Shown here in pieces: positions 45,801-55,440 of a stretch of DNA of 64,000 bases. How positions within the stretch are numbered: position 1 is the first letter of the stretch; each line of letters opens with the position of its first letter. The notes under the pieces were generated by a model. That model was not told the DNA's origin and did no database searches. It saw only the letters and a list, made by a program, of their open reading frames with translations. The stretch covers positions 1,821,427 through 1,885,426 of the forward strand of contig CAWBLI010000005.1 of assembly GCA_963789615.1 (NCBI GenBank), in the 5' to 3' direction. The translations under genes and the position numbers were made by a program. Origin of the DNA: an uncultured Actinomycetota bacterium (GTDB lineage Bacteria; Actinomycetota; Actinomycetes; JAFAQI01).

Positions 45801-47494
45801 TGAGCACGTCAGTCAGCGACCCGTCGGCCGTGCCAGGGACGGCACCCCGTGACGAGCTCACCCGCGGCACCTTGATCGCGGCTGCGGCGGCGGTCGCCGT
45901 GGCGCAGTTCGGCCTATCGATCCCGGCGGTGCTGAACGGCTTGTTCCAGCTCGACCTGAGCACAACGTCGACGCAGCTCACCTGGATCTCGGATGCGTTC
46001 CTGGTGCCGGTCGCGATCTTCGAGCTCACCTTCGGTGTCGTGGGTGACCTGTTCGGACGCAAGCGGCTGCTGGCCGGCGGCGCGGCGCTGATGACGGTCG
46101 GTTGTCTGGTCGCATTCTTCACACCCACGTCCGGCTCGACGGACGCCCGGGTCGCGCAGCTATGGACGGGTCAGGTGCTGGCTGGCCTCGGGGCGGCGGC
46201 GATCTTCCCGACGTCGGTCGCGATGCTCGCGGCTGGCACCCACACTGCGAAAGCACGTGCCCAGGCCATCTCGGTGTGGGCGGCGGCACTCACGGCGGCC
46301 GGTTTCCTGTCGCCGGTCATGAGCGGCTTGTTGGCGCGGGCGAATCACCCGGGTGGCGCGAACGCGAGCTGGCGGTGGGCGTTTCTCGCGCTGGCCGTCC
46401 TGGCCGCGATCAGTGCCGCTGTCACGCTGGTCGCCGCGACGAACTCCTCGGCGCCACGTGGCCGGAGCCTCGACGTCCCCGGCCAGATCACGATCGCGGT
46501 CGCGTTGTTCGCGTTGTTGTACGGGGTCATCCAGGGTGCCGACGACGGGTGGGCGAGCCCGACCGTGATCGGTGGCTTCGTAGTTGCGGCTGTGTTCCTC
46601 GTCGCGTTCGTGGCGATTGAACGGCGCGTCGACCGACCACTGATCCAGCTGGACCTGTTCAGCAACCGCATCTTCGTGGCAAGCGCGGTGGTGACCGTGC
46701 TGGCCATGTTTGCCTACCTCGGCACCGCGTACTCCACCAGCATCCGGCTGTCGGCAATCCAGGGCTACTCGCCGCTGAAGACCTCGATCGGTTTCGTCTG
46801 CCTGAACATCATGGGCGTCGTCCTGTTCCCGGTCAGCTCGCGGATGATCGAACGGCACAACCCGGGCTGGACGCTGGCCGGTGGTGCGCTCGCGATCGGC
46901 ATCGGCGACATGGTGCTCGCGGCGATCCCGGCCACTCATCTGAGCATCGCCGCGATCGCCGTGCCACTGCTCGTCGTCGGCATCGGCTTCAAGCTCGCGG
47001 TCACGTCGATCACCGTTGTTGCGGTGAACAGCGTGCCGACGGAGAAGACCGGCATGGCGAGCGGCGCGACCAGCATGCTGCGGGACTTCGGGCTGACGCT
47101 CGGGCCAGCCATCGTCGGTGCGGTCGCGCTCAGTCGTGCGGCCAACGAGATCAGCGCGAAGATCGCCGCGTCGCCGTCGTTAGCCCGCTCGGTGGCTGCC
47201 TTCAATGCGGCACCGGCACATGTCCCCGCGGCGCAGAAGCCGGCAGTCGAGGCGGCCGTCGGTGCCGTCAACTCCGGACCGCTGGGCGCCAACGGCGTGC
47301 CGTCGACGGTTCCCGGCCCGAACGGCCACCCGATCCCGTTCAACCCGCTGAAGGACGTCGCCTTCCACGCGTTGTCCAACGCCTTCCAGGTCGGCTTTCT
47401 GCTCTGCGGAATCTCGGCGGTGGTCGCCGCACTCATCGCGGCCATCTTCTTGGCCGGGCGAGAGCACGTCGATCACTTCACGGAAACGACGTGA
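45800..47494 (+). CDS. MFS transporter, DHA2/EmrB-like (about 14 TMS)
   Basis: Intact ORF, hydrophobic throughout, containing 'GVVGDLFGRKRLLAGG' (the MFS motif A region). The length fits a 14-TMS drug:H+ antiporter. The track ORF starts at 45701, but 45800 is the first ATG. Confidence 0.85.
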   Translation: MSTSVSDPSAVPGTAPRDELTRGTLIAAAAAVAVAQFGLSIPAVLNGLFQLDLSTTSTQLTWISDAFLVPVAIFELTFGVVGDLFGRKRLLAGGAALMTVGCLVAFFTPTSGSTDARVAQLWTGQVLAGLGAAAIFPTSVAMLAAGTHTAKARAQAISVWAAALTAAGFLSPVMSGLLARANHPGGANASWRWAFLALAVLAAISAAVTLVAATNSSAPRGRSLDVPGQITIAVALFALLYGVIQGADDGWASPTVIGGFVVAAVFLVAFVAIERRVDRPLIQLDLFSNRIFVASAVVTVLAMFAYLGTAYSTSIRLSAIQGYSPLKTSIGFVCLNIMGVVLFPVSSRMIERHNPGWTLAGGALAIGIGDMVLAAIPATHLSIAAIAVPLLVVGIGFKLAVTSITVVAVNSVPTEKTGMASGATSMLRDFGLTLGPAIVGAVALSRAANEISAKIAASPSLARSVAAFNAAPAHVPAAQKPAVEAAVGAVNSGPLGANGVPSTVPGPNGHPIPFNPLKDVAFHALSNAFQVGFLLCGISAVVAALIAAIFLAGREHVDHFTETT

Positions 47495-48429
47495 GTGCAG
47501 CCGCCGGTCTGCAACAGCTGGCCGGCGGTTGTTATGCGTGGCTGCAACCCGACGGCGGGTGGGGGCTGTCGAACGCCGGCGTGATCACCGGACACGGCGC
47601 CTCGATTCTCATCGACACGTTGTTCGACCTCCCTCGGACCCACCGGATGCTCGATGGGATGGCAGATGTGGTCGCGACCGCGCCGATCCGAACGCTCGTC
47701 AATACCCATGGCAACGGTGACCACTGGTTCGGCAACCAACTGGTCCGCGACGCCGAGATCGTGGCCGCAGCGCCCAGCGTGGCCGATATGAAAGCGGTCA
47801 GCCCGCAGACGGTGGCTGCCCTGGTCTCCTCGCCCGGTGCGATCGGCGAGTACGCCCGGCGAATCTTCGGTGGTTACGACTTCACCGGGATCACTCCGAC
47901 GTACCCGGACCGAACCTACGAGAAGGAGCTACTGCTCACCGTAGGTGGCGTCGACGTGCTGTTAATCGATGTCGGTCCGGCGCATACGTCGGGTGACACG
48001 GTTGTCTACTGTGAACGGGATCGGGTCGCATTCACCGGCGACATCGTGTTCGCCGGTGGCACACCGATCGTCTGGGCCGGACCGGTAGCGAACTGGATCG
48101 CTGCGTGCCGACGCATCCGAGAGCTCGGAGCGGAGCTGATGGTGCCCGGCCACGGCCCGGTGTCGCCGGTCGCCCGCGTTCAGGACATGGTCGACTACCT
48201 CGAGTTCGTGTCCGGCGAAGCCGGTCGACGTCATGCGGCCGGGATGCCGGCGCAGGACGCCGCCCGCGACATCGACCTGGGCAGTTTCGCTGATTGGCCG
48301 GAGGCCGAGCGGCTCGCCGTCAACGTCGCCACCGTCTACCGCGAACTCGACCCGTTAGGGGCGGACCCGCCCACCGGCGCCGCACAGTTCGGCTGCATGG
48401 CCGAACTAGCTGCTGCCGGCCCACGCTGA
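47491..48429 (+). CDS. MBL-fold metallo-hydrolase
   Basis: Intact 312-aa ORF with 'LVNTHGNGDHWFGN' (HxHxDH-type motif) and 'MVPGHGP'. GTGA overlap with the MFS stop. Confidence 0.85.
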   Translation: MSAAAGLQQLAGGCYAWLQPDGGWGLSNAGVITGHGASILIDTLFDLPRTHRMLDGMADVVATAPIRTLVNTHGNGDHWFGNQLVRDAEIVAAAPSVADMKAVSPQTVAALVSSPGAIGEYARRIFGGYDFTGITPTYPDRTYEKELLLTVGGVDVLLIDVGPAHTSGDTVVYCERDRVAFTGDIVFAGGTPIVWAGPVANWIAACRRIRELGAELMVPGHGPVSPVARVQDMVDYLEFVSGEAGRRHAAGMPAQDAARDIDLGSFADWPEAERLAVNVATVYRELDPLGADPPTGAAQFGCMAELAAAGPR

Positions 48430-48502
48430 CCATGCGCCCGGTGCCAGACTTACTGCCACATGGGCCTGCAAGATCACGGACAGGCCGAGGGAGCCCGACC
48501 GG

Positions 48503-49544
48503 TCAGAACGTGCTGGTGTCGATCACGAAGCGGTAGCGTACGTCGCTGTCCGACCACCCGGTCGTAGGCCTCATCGATCTGGGCGGCGCTGATCGTCTCG
48601 ATCTCGGCACCACGTCGTGCTCGGCGCAGAAGTCGAGCATCTCCTGGGTCTCGCGGATCCCGCCGATGTTCGAGCCGGCCCAGCTGCGACGCTTCGCCAG
48701 CAACGCGAAGGCCGGCACCTCGAGCGGCTCCGGCGGCGCGCCGACGTTGACCAGAGTGCCGTCGACGCCGAGCAGCGACAGGTACTTGCCCATCGGCAGC
48801 GCAGCCGAGACGGTGTTGACGATCAGGTCGAAGGAGCCCGCGAGCTGCTTGAACGTGCTGTCGTCGCTGGTCGCGTAGTAGTGGTCGGCGCCCGAACCGC
48901 TTCCCGTCCTCCTGCTTGGACAGCGTCTGGGAGAGCACGGTCACCTCGGCGCCGAGCGCGTGCGCGATCTTCACGCCCATGTGGCCGAGGCCACCCAGGC
49001 CGACGATCGCGACTTGCTTGCCGGGGCCGGCACCCCAGTGCTTCAGCGGCGAGTAGAGCGTGATGCCCGCGCACAGCAGCGGCGCGGCGACGTCGAGCTC
49101 GATGCCGTCGGGGATCCCGAGCACGAAGTTCTCGTCGACGACGATGTGCGTGGAGTAGCCGCCGTCGGTGGGACGGCCGTCCCTGCCGATGGCGTTGTAG
49201 GTGCCGACCATCCCGTTGAGGCAGTACTGCTCCTCGCCGGCGAGGCACTGCTCGCACTCGCGGCAGGAGTCGACCATGCAGCCGACGCCGACCCGGTCCC
49301 CCACGGCGTACCGGGTGACGTCGCCGCCGACCTCCTCGACGATGCCGGCGATCTCGTGCCCGGGCACCAGCGGGAAGTGGGCCTCGCCCCATTCCTCGCG
49401 AGCGGTGTGGATGTCGGAGTGGCAGATGCCGGCGAAGGCGATCTTGATGAGGACGTCGTTCGGGCCGAGGTCGCGGCGCTCGATCGTGGTCTTCTCGAAG
49501 GGCGCCTTGGCGGCGGCCGTGGCGTAGGCGGTGACTGATCGCAT
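48503..49544 (-). pseudogene. zinc-dependent NAD(P) alcohol dehydrogenase (AdhC/YahK-like), 3 frame switches
   Basis: The N-terminal 215 aa are intact ('[55 protein letters not shown]'). Then '[56 protein letters not shown]', '[18 protein letters not shown]' and '[15 protein letters not shown]' fall in alternating frames. Switches lie near 48895, 48610 and 48550. Confidence 0.85.
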
Positions 49545-49598
49545 GGGGGGTACATACCCAGGCGGCCTGCCGCTACCCGGCCGGGTGCTCGGCGATGG

Positions 49599-52500
49599 TC
49601 AGGTGGAGATCGACGCCGTGACGGCGGTGAGCGCGTCGACTCGGTCGAGCAGCGGTGGGCAGGCCAGCCCTTCCGCGATGGCTCGGGCCTCGGCGACCAC
49701 AGCGTGGAACCCGTCGCTGTCGCGGTTCCCCGCCGCCTGTTGGTGCTCCGCCCATCGCAGCAGAGCGTCGGCGATGTGCCACGGCGACCCGTACTCCCGG
49801 AACTGGCCGACCGCGGTGACGAAGGCGGCGTCTGCCGCCGGGTCGGAGGACCGGGACAGCAGCCGCGCCTCGGCGAGGTCGGCCGCCGACGCGGTGAGCG
49901 GATGGTGGTGGCCGCGCGGGACCGCCCTGACCCAGCCGATCAGCCGCCGGACGTCGTCCAGCGCCTCGACTGCGAATCCAGCATCGAGGGCGGTCGACAC
50001 GGCGTACCGGTAGAACTCGGCGCTCGTCTCGCCGGCGGTCGGGTCGTCGAGGATGGTCCAGCTGCTCTCGAGCGCCGCCCGGGAGCGCCCCTCGACCGCG
50101 GCGAGCAGCACGTCACCCAGAGCGATGTTCAGGATGTCCTGCGGGTCCTGGGATCCGGCCAGGACGCTGATCTCGGCGGTCATCCGCCGGACCTGGTCGA
50201 CGTCGCCCCGGTAGTACCCGAGGAGGCCTGCCGGCCAGCCGCAGTACGGCATCCGCCGTACCCCTTCGCGCTCGGCCTCGGTCATCAACTCGTCGACGGC
50301 CTCCCAGTCACCGGCAAGCATCAACGCCTGCGCCAGGTTGCCGGTGCCCAGGGCGAGCAGGTACTTCGACCCGCGGCGGCGGGCCAGCGCGATCGCCTGC
50401 CTGGCCGGGTCGATGGCTTCCTCGATGCCCAACGACAGCAGGCAGTCGGAGAGGTTGAGCAGGACGCCGCTCAGCGCATCGACGTCCCCGATGGCGCGGG
50501 CGTGACGGGCGGCCTCCCGGAAGCTCGCGGAGGCGCGATGCGGCTCCAGCTGCCCGCGATGCAGACCGCCCTCCGCCGCGAACAGCTCGGCGAACAGCGA
50601 CTCGTCCAGCCGATGCCCTTCGGCGATCGAGAACCCGCGCTTCAGGTAGGGGGCGGCGAGGTGGAGCGCTCCGGTGAACGACGTCAAGCGCGCGCCGAGG
50701 GCCAGGCCGTGCACCAGGACGGCGTCGGGTTCCTCGTCGAGCACACGCAGGCTGTCCTCGAGCGTCTCGGTGGCTTCGGTGAACCGGCCGACCCGCATCA
50801 GGGCTTCGACGGTTCCGAGCCGCACCCGGGCGGATTCTCGGGGGCGTCCGGCCAACCGGTGGCAGTCCGCGGCGAGGTCGAACTCGGTGGCCGCGGCGGT
50901 GAAGTCGGCGTTGACCATGTGGGCACTGCCGGCGGACTCTCGGAGCGCGGCCTCCCGGTCCGCCCAGCCCGACTCGGCGGCAAGTCCCGCGGCCTTGCCG
51001 AACGACTCTGCCGCCGTGGCGGGTGCGCCCACGGCCAACGCGCGTTGGCCGGCGCGGTCGAGCAGCTCGCAGCCGCGCAACCGCAGGTCGGGAACATCGG
51101 GGTCCTCGGGCACCGCACGCAGCGCATCGAGGACGTGTTCGGCGACGACCTCGGCGACCTCCTCGCCCTGGTCGGGGAACACCCGGCTCAGGTGCTCGGC
51201 GACCTGGAGGTGCCGGGCCTTGCGTTCCCGTCGCGACTGGGTGTCGTAGGCGACCTGCCGGAACATCGTCTGCGTGAACCCGTAGTGACCCCGCTCCGGC
51301 GACAGCGGGTCCGCGCGGACCGCGAGCACCTCCTTGCGGACGAGCTCGGCGAGGATCCGCCGTACCTCCGCGTCGGGCATGCCGCTGACCGCGGTCAGCG
51401 CCTCGGCCGGGAAGCTGGTCCCGAGGACGGCGGCATCGGCGACGAGGCGGCGCGACTCCGGGTCGAGCGCGTCCAGTCGAGCCGCGAGCAACGACTGCAG
51501 GCTGTCGGGGACCGAGAGCTCGCCGATGTCGCCGACCAGCCGGTAGACCCCGTCGATCGGCTGCACGACGTCGCGGTCCATCAGCATCCGCACCGTCTCC
51601 ACGGCGTAGAGCGGGATCCCTTCGGCCTGGGCGGCGATCGCCACCTTGGCGTCCGCCGGCATGCCCATGACGAGGTCGTCGAGCATCGTCTGCATTGCCA
51701 GCGCGTCCAGCGGCTCGAGGGTCAGCGACGTGGCGTTGGGCCGGGCGCTGCCCCAGCCGGGCCGCCGCTCCTCGACCTCGGGCCGGGCGAACGTCAGGAC
51801 GAAGATCGGTACGCCGTGCGCCCAGTCGAGGAGGTGCTCGATGAAGTCGAACAGGCCCGCGTCGCCGTAGTGCACGTCCTCGATGAGCATCACGACGGGA
51901 TCGATGTCGGCGAGCCGCTCGAAGAACACCCGCCAGCCGGCGAACAGCTCTTCGCGGCCGAACGGCTGGTCGGGCTCGTCGGCGATGCCGAGCAACCGAG
52001 CCAGCCGCGGCCGGACGTAGACCCGGTCGGTCGCCTCGGGCACGTAGCGGTCGAGGCCGGCGTCCAGCTTCGCGCGTGCGATCGTCGACGCGTCCTCCTC
52101 GGCGATGTCGAGCCGCTGCCGGACCATCTCGGCGAGCGCCCAGAAGGCGACTCCCTCGCCGTAGGACAGGCACCGGCCACGGTGCCACGACACGAAGCTC
52201 ACGAGACCGTCGACGTACTTCTCGAACTCCCATCCCAGCCGGGACTTCCCGACGCCGGCGGCACCGACGACGGAGACCAGCCGCGCGGACTTGCGGTCGG
52301 CGCAGGCGTGGAACAGCTCCTTGATCAGCCTGAGCTCGGCGTCCCGGCCGAACATCCTGGCCTCGAGCCCGTCGATCCGCTGCTTGCCGCCGGTGCCGGA
52401 CACGATGCGGTCGGCGCGCCACAGCGGGGTGGTGCCGACCTTTCCTTTCAGCTCGTGTTCGCCGGCCGGGCTGAACGCGATCGACCCCCGGGTGGCGCGC

Positions 52501-53195
52501 CAGGTGCCCTCGTCGACCAGACAGCTGCCGGCGCCGGCCGCCGCCTGCACCCGCGCGGCGGTGTTCACGGCGTCGCCGGCGACCATGCCCTGACCGACCG
52601 CGCCCAGCGTGACCGCGACCTCGGCCGTGACGACACCCGCCCGGGCCGCCAGGCCGGTCGCGCCGATCTCCTCGCCGAGCTCGGCGACCCGGGTCACGAG
52701 CTCGAACGCGGCCCGGACGGCACGCTCGGCGTCACCCTCTCGGGCGACCGGCGTCCCCCACACCGCCATGACCGCATCGCCGATGAACTTCTCCACGGTG
52801 CCGCCGTACCGCTCGATGAGGGTGCGCGACTCGTCGAAGTACCGGGAGAGCAGCTCACGGACCTGCTCGGGGTCCCGGGACTCCGACAGCGACGTAAATC
52901 CGACCAGGTCGCAGAACAGGATCGAGCAAACCCGGCGCTCGGCCACGGCCGTCGCCGATCCGTCGGCCCCGACGCCCGGCGGAGCCGGAATGCCGGGACC
53001 TGCGAAGTGCGATCCGGGAGCGATCACCGCCACGGGAGCGCCGCAATCGCCGCAGAATCGGGCTCCTGGCACGGCCGGCGAGCCGCACGTCGGACAGACC
53101 GAAGTCAGCGGCGCGCCGCAGTCGGCGCAGAACCGCTTGCCCTCCGGTTGACTGCTCGCGCAGGTCGCACAGGTCACGAGCGGTGTCCCCGCCAT
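49599..53195 (-). CDS. multidomain signalling protein: double zinc ribbon, class-III adenylate/guanylate cyclase, AAA/NB-ARC-like ATPase and TPR-like C-terminus
   Basis: I prefer ATG 53195 as the start: 'MAGTPLVTCATCASSQPEGKRFCADCGAPLTSVCPTCGSPAVPGARFCGDCGAPV'. The cyclase core is 'RRVCSILFCDLVGFTSLSE..GGTVEKFIGDAVMAVWGTP' and the P-loop is 'VVGAAGVGKSRL'. About 700 aa of helical repeats follow, with no C-terminal HTH. The ORF is intact over ~3.6 kb. Confidence 0.85.
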   Translation of the reverse strand: MAGTPLVTCATCASSQPEGKRFCADCGAPLTSVCPTCGSPAVPGARFCGDCGAPVAVIAPGSHFAGPGIPAPPGVGADGSATAVAERRVCSILFCDLVGFTSLSESRDPEQVRELLSRYFDESRTLIERYGGTVEKFIGDAVMAVWGTPVAREGDAERAVRAAFELVTRVAELGEEIGATGLAARAGVVTAEVAVTLGAVGQGMVAGDAVNTAARVQAAAGAGSCLVDEGTWRATRGSIAFSPAGEHELKGKVGTTPLWRADRIVSGTGGKQRIDGLEARMFGRDAELRLIKELFHACADRKSARLVSVVGAAGVGKSRLGWEFEKYVDGLVSFVSWHRGRCLSYGEGVAFWALAEMVRQRLDIAEEDASTIARAKLDAGLDRYVPEATDRVYVRPRLARLLGIADEPDQPFGREELFAGWRVFFERLADIDPVVMLIEDVHYGDAGLFDFIEHLLDWAHGVPIFVLTFARPEVEERRPGWGSARPNATSLTLEPLDALAMQTMLDDLVMGMPADAKVAIAAQAEGIPLYAVETVRMLMDRDVVQPIDGVYRLVGDIGELSVPDSLQSLLAARLDALDPESRRLVADAAVLGTSFPAEALTAVSGMPDAEVRRILAELVRKEVLAVRADPLSPERGHYGFTQTMFRQVAYDTQSRRERKARHLQVAEHLSRVFPDQGEEVAEVVAEHVLDALRAVPEDPDVPDLRLRGCELLDRAGQRALAVGAPATAAESFGKAAGLAAESGWADREAALRESAGSAHMVNADFTAAATEFDLAADCHRLAGRPRESARVRLGTVEALMRVGRFTEATETLEDSLRVLDEEPDAVLVHGLALGARLTSFTGALHLAAPYLKRGFSIAEGHRLDESLFAELFAAEGGLHRGQLEPHRASASFREAARHARAIGDVDALSGVLLNLSDCLLSLGIEEAIDPARQAIALARRRGSKYLLALGTGNLAQALMLAGDWEAVDELMTEAEREGVRRMPYCGWPAGLLGYYRGDVDQVRRMTAEISVLAGSQDPQDILNIALGDVLLAAVEGRSRAALESSWTILDDPTAGETSAEFYRYAVSTALDAGFAVEALDDVRRLIGWVRAVPRGHHHPLTASAADLAEARLLSRSSDPAADAAFVTAVGQFREYGSPWHIADALLRWAEHQQAAGNRDSDGFHAVVAEARAIAEGLACPPLLDRVDALTAVTASIST

Positions 53196-53284
53196 GATGA
53201 GGACCGTATTAGGCGAATCGGTCGGCGTCACGCGAAACTTGGCTGCGGCAGGTGCAATGCGGTCACTGGTGGACTCGCCATGGC

Positions 53285-53322
53285 AAAACCGGCCGATGTC
53301 GTCGTGCGCTGACACCGGCCGG
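53285..53322 (-). terminator. candidate intrinsic terminator after the methyltransferase gene
   Basis: The minus-strand transcript reads 'CCGGCCG'-20 nt-'CGGCCGG' followed by UUUU. The plus-strand a-tract is at 53285-53288 and the stems at 53289-53295 and 53316-53322. Confidence 0.45.
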
Positions 53323-53343
53323 CGTCGCCGACAAGTCGGTGGT

Positions 53344-54399
53344 CTACGGCCGCACCTCGTAGACGATGTTGAACGGCGTCTCGGTGGCGCGGCGGAACCG
53401 CGTGAAGCCCGCGTCGGTGACGACCCGGCGGATCGCCGACTCACCGGCCTGAGCACCGAGCGCGAAGCCGCCGGTCTGCGACAGCGCGTTCGGGATGCAC
53501 AGCTGGGTCGAGAAGTTGTAGTACACCCGACCCACCGGGTTGAGGTTGTCGCTCACCGAGTCGCCGGCCGCCGGCTCGACGACGAGCCAGGTGCCGTCCG
53601 GCGCGATCGCCTGGCGGACGTGCTTCGCGGTCGCGAGCGGGTCGCCCATGTCGTGCAGGCAGTCGAAGGTCGCGACGAGGTCGTAGCCGTTTCCGGTGAA
53701 CGACGTTGCCGACGCCACCTCGAACTGCGTGCGGTCGGCGACTCCCGCGTCGGCGGCGCGCTTGCGGGCGAGCTCGATCGAGCGCTCGTGATAGTCCGAG
53801 CCGACGAACGTCGAGCTGGGGTACTCCTGGGCGAGCAGCACGGTCGAGGCGCCGAGCCCGCAGCCAAGGTCCGCCACCGTGGCGCCCGCCTGCAGCTTCG
53901 CGTCGACGCCCTCGAGCGCCGGGATCCAGGCCGGCACCAGGTTGGCGATGTAGCCCGGCCGGAAGAACTGCTCGCACCCGACGAAGACGTCCTCGTCGTG
54001 CTCGTGCCAGCCCATCCCCTCGCCGGTCTTGAACGCCGCGGTGATCCGGTCGTTGGCCTTCAGCGTGCCGAGTGCCAGGACGAAGGCGCCGGGCGCGTAG
54101 ATCGCACCGTCGGGGTTGGCGAGCGCGAAGGTCTGCTCCTCGGTCATCGAGTAGGTGTCCGAGGCCGCGTCGTACTCGACGTAGCCGCCGGCGGCCTGGC
54201 CGCGCAGCCACTCGTTGATGTAGCGGGGGTTGGACTCGGTACGCCGGGCCAGCTCATCGGGCGTGGCCGGTCCCTCGGACAGCGCCTTGTAGAGGCCGAG
54301 CCGGTGCCCCACGACCACGTTGCCGGCCGCCGCTGTCGCACCGAGATCGGTCACGAACTTCCCGAGGAACTCGTTCAGCTTGTCTTCGTTGATTGCCAT
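53344..54399 (-). CDS. class-I SAM-dependent methyltransferase with an N-terminal wHTH-like dimerisation domain
   Basis: I prefer ATG 54399 ('gggaga' RBS) as the start: 'MAINEDKLNEFLGKF..'. SAM motif I is 'VADLGCGLGASTVLLAQ' and post-I is 'FVGSDYHERSIELAR'. The track ORF extends to 54759 with no support. Confidence 0.85.
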   Translation of the reverse strand: MAINEDKLNEFLGKFVTDLGATAAAGNVVVGHRLGLYKALSEGPATPDELARRTESNPRYINEWLRGQAAGGYVEYDAASDTYSMTEEQTFALANPDGAIYAPGAFVLALGTLKANDRITAAFKTGEGMGWHEHDEDVFVGCEQFFRPGYIANLVPAWIPALEGVDAKLQAGATVADLGCGLGASTVLLAQEYPSSTFVGSDYHERSIELARKRAADAGVADRTQFEVASATSFTGNGYDLVATFDCLHDMGDPLATAKHVRQAIAPDGTWLVVEPAAGDSVSDNLNPVGRVYYNFSTQLCIPNALSQTGGFALGAQAGESAIRRVVTDAGFTRFRRATETPFNIVYEVRP

Positions 54400-54457
54400 C
54401 TCACGTCTCCCTGCTCGTGGCCGGCGTCTCCGGCAGGGATGAGGGTGCCGAGCACGG

Positions 54458-54488
54458 TTGCACTTCCATTGCAATGGCGCTGCAATGG
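54458..54488 (+). promoter_or_regulatory. candidate promoter with an embedded perfect 12-bp palindrome (operator)
   Basis: TTGCAC (54458-54463), a 17-nt gap, then TGCAAT (54481-54486). The spacer contains the perfect palindrome 'CCATTGCAATGG' (54466-54477). The half-site 'TGCAATGG' repeats at 54481-54488. Confidence 0.4.
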
Positions 54489-54537
54489 TCTCGGCGAGTG
54501 TGTAGGCAGCACCTGGGGGCGGCCACGAGGAGATGCC

Positions 54538-55440
54538 ATGCGCGCTATGATATCCCGACGTCGAAGACTTCATCGAGCGCGATGGGGTCAAGGTGGCGTA
54601 CGAGGTCTTCGGGGCCGGCGAGCCCGCGATCGTCTTCCCGCCGATCGACCCGATCATCGACTCGCGGGGATGGAAGGCGCAGGTGCCGTACCTGGCGCGC
54701 CACCACAAGGTGGTGACGATCGACCCGCGCGGCAACGGCCGCTCGGACAAGCCCACCACGATGGAGGCCTACTCCGACGCGGAGTTCGACGCCGATCTGA
54801 TCCAGGTGATGGATGCCGTCGGCATCGATCGCGCCGTTCTCGTCGGGATCTGTACGTCGGGCTGGCGCGCGCTGCGTGACCGCAGCCGCGCACCCCGAAC
54901 GGGTTCTCGGCGTGATCTCGATCGCGTCATGGGCGCCGTACCTCACGGAACCGGTCCAGGACCGGGCGTATCAGGACTTCGACGTCGAGCAGGGAGACCT
55001 ACGAAGGCTGGGAGAAGGTCAACCGGCACTACTGGCTTCGGGATTGGCGCGGCTACACCGAGTTCTTCTTCGGCGAGCTGCTCAGCGAGCCGCACTCGAC
55101 GAAGCAGTTCGAGGACTGCGTCGAGTGGGCGATGGGCATCGGCCCGGAGCTGATGGCCCTGGCCGACGAGGCTCCGGTCGCCTCGGAGTCGACCGAGCAG
55201 ACCGAGGCGCTGTTACGCAGCGTGCGTTGCCCGGTCCTGGCGATCCACGGTGTCGAGGACCGCTGCCAGCCGCTCATCCGCAGCGAGCGGATCGCCGAGC
55301 TGACCGGCGGGAGCTTGCTGCTGCTCGACGGCGCCGGGCATCTCCCGCAGGCGCGAGAGCCGGTCGTCGTCAACCACGCGATCCGTGACTTCGTCCGCGA
55401 TCTCGGCCCGGCTCAGCCGATCTCGCGGCGCTGGACCCGA
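54538..55440 (+). pseudogene. alpha/beta-fold hydrolase, 3 frame switches; no stop before the next domain
   Basis: 'gaggag' RBS followed by ATG 54538. 'YPDVEDFIERDGVKVAYEVFGAGEPAIVFPP..VVTIDPRGNGRSDKP', 'VTAAAHPERVLGVISIASWAP' and 'YEGWEKVNRHYW..PVLAIHGVEDRCQP..LLLLDGAGHLPQAREPVVVNHAIRDFV' lie in three frames. Switches lie near 54548, 54860 and 54995. The 3' boundary is nominal. Confidence 0.75.

Noticed and set aside
49704-53312. 1202-aa plus-strand ORF
   Set aside because: It is an exact antisense shadow of the cyclase/AAA/TPR gene. It has extreme Arg/Gly/Pro/Asp content and no domain signatures. Long stop-free antisense frames are expected at this GC content.
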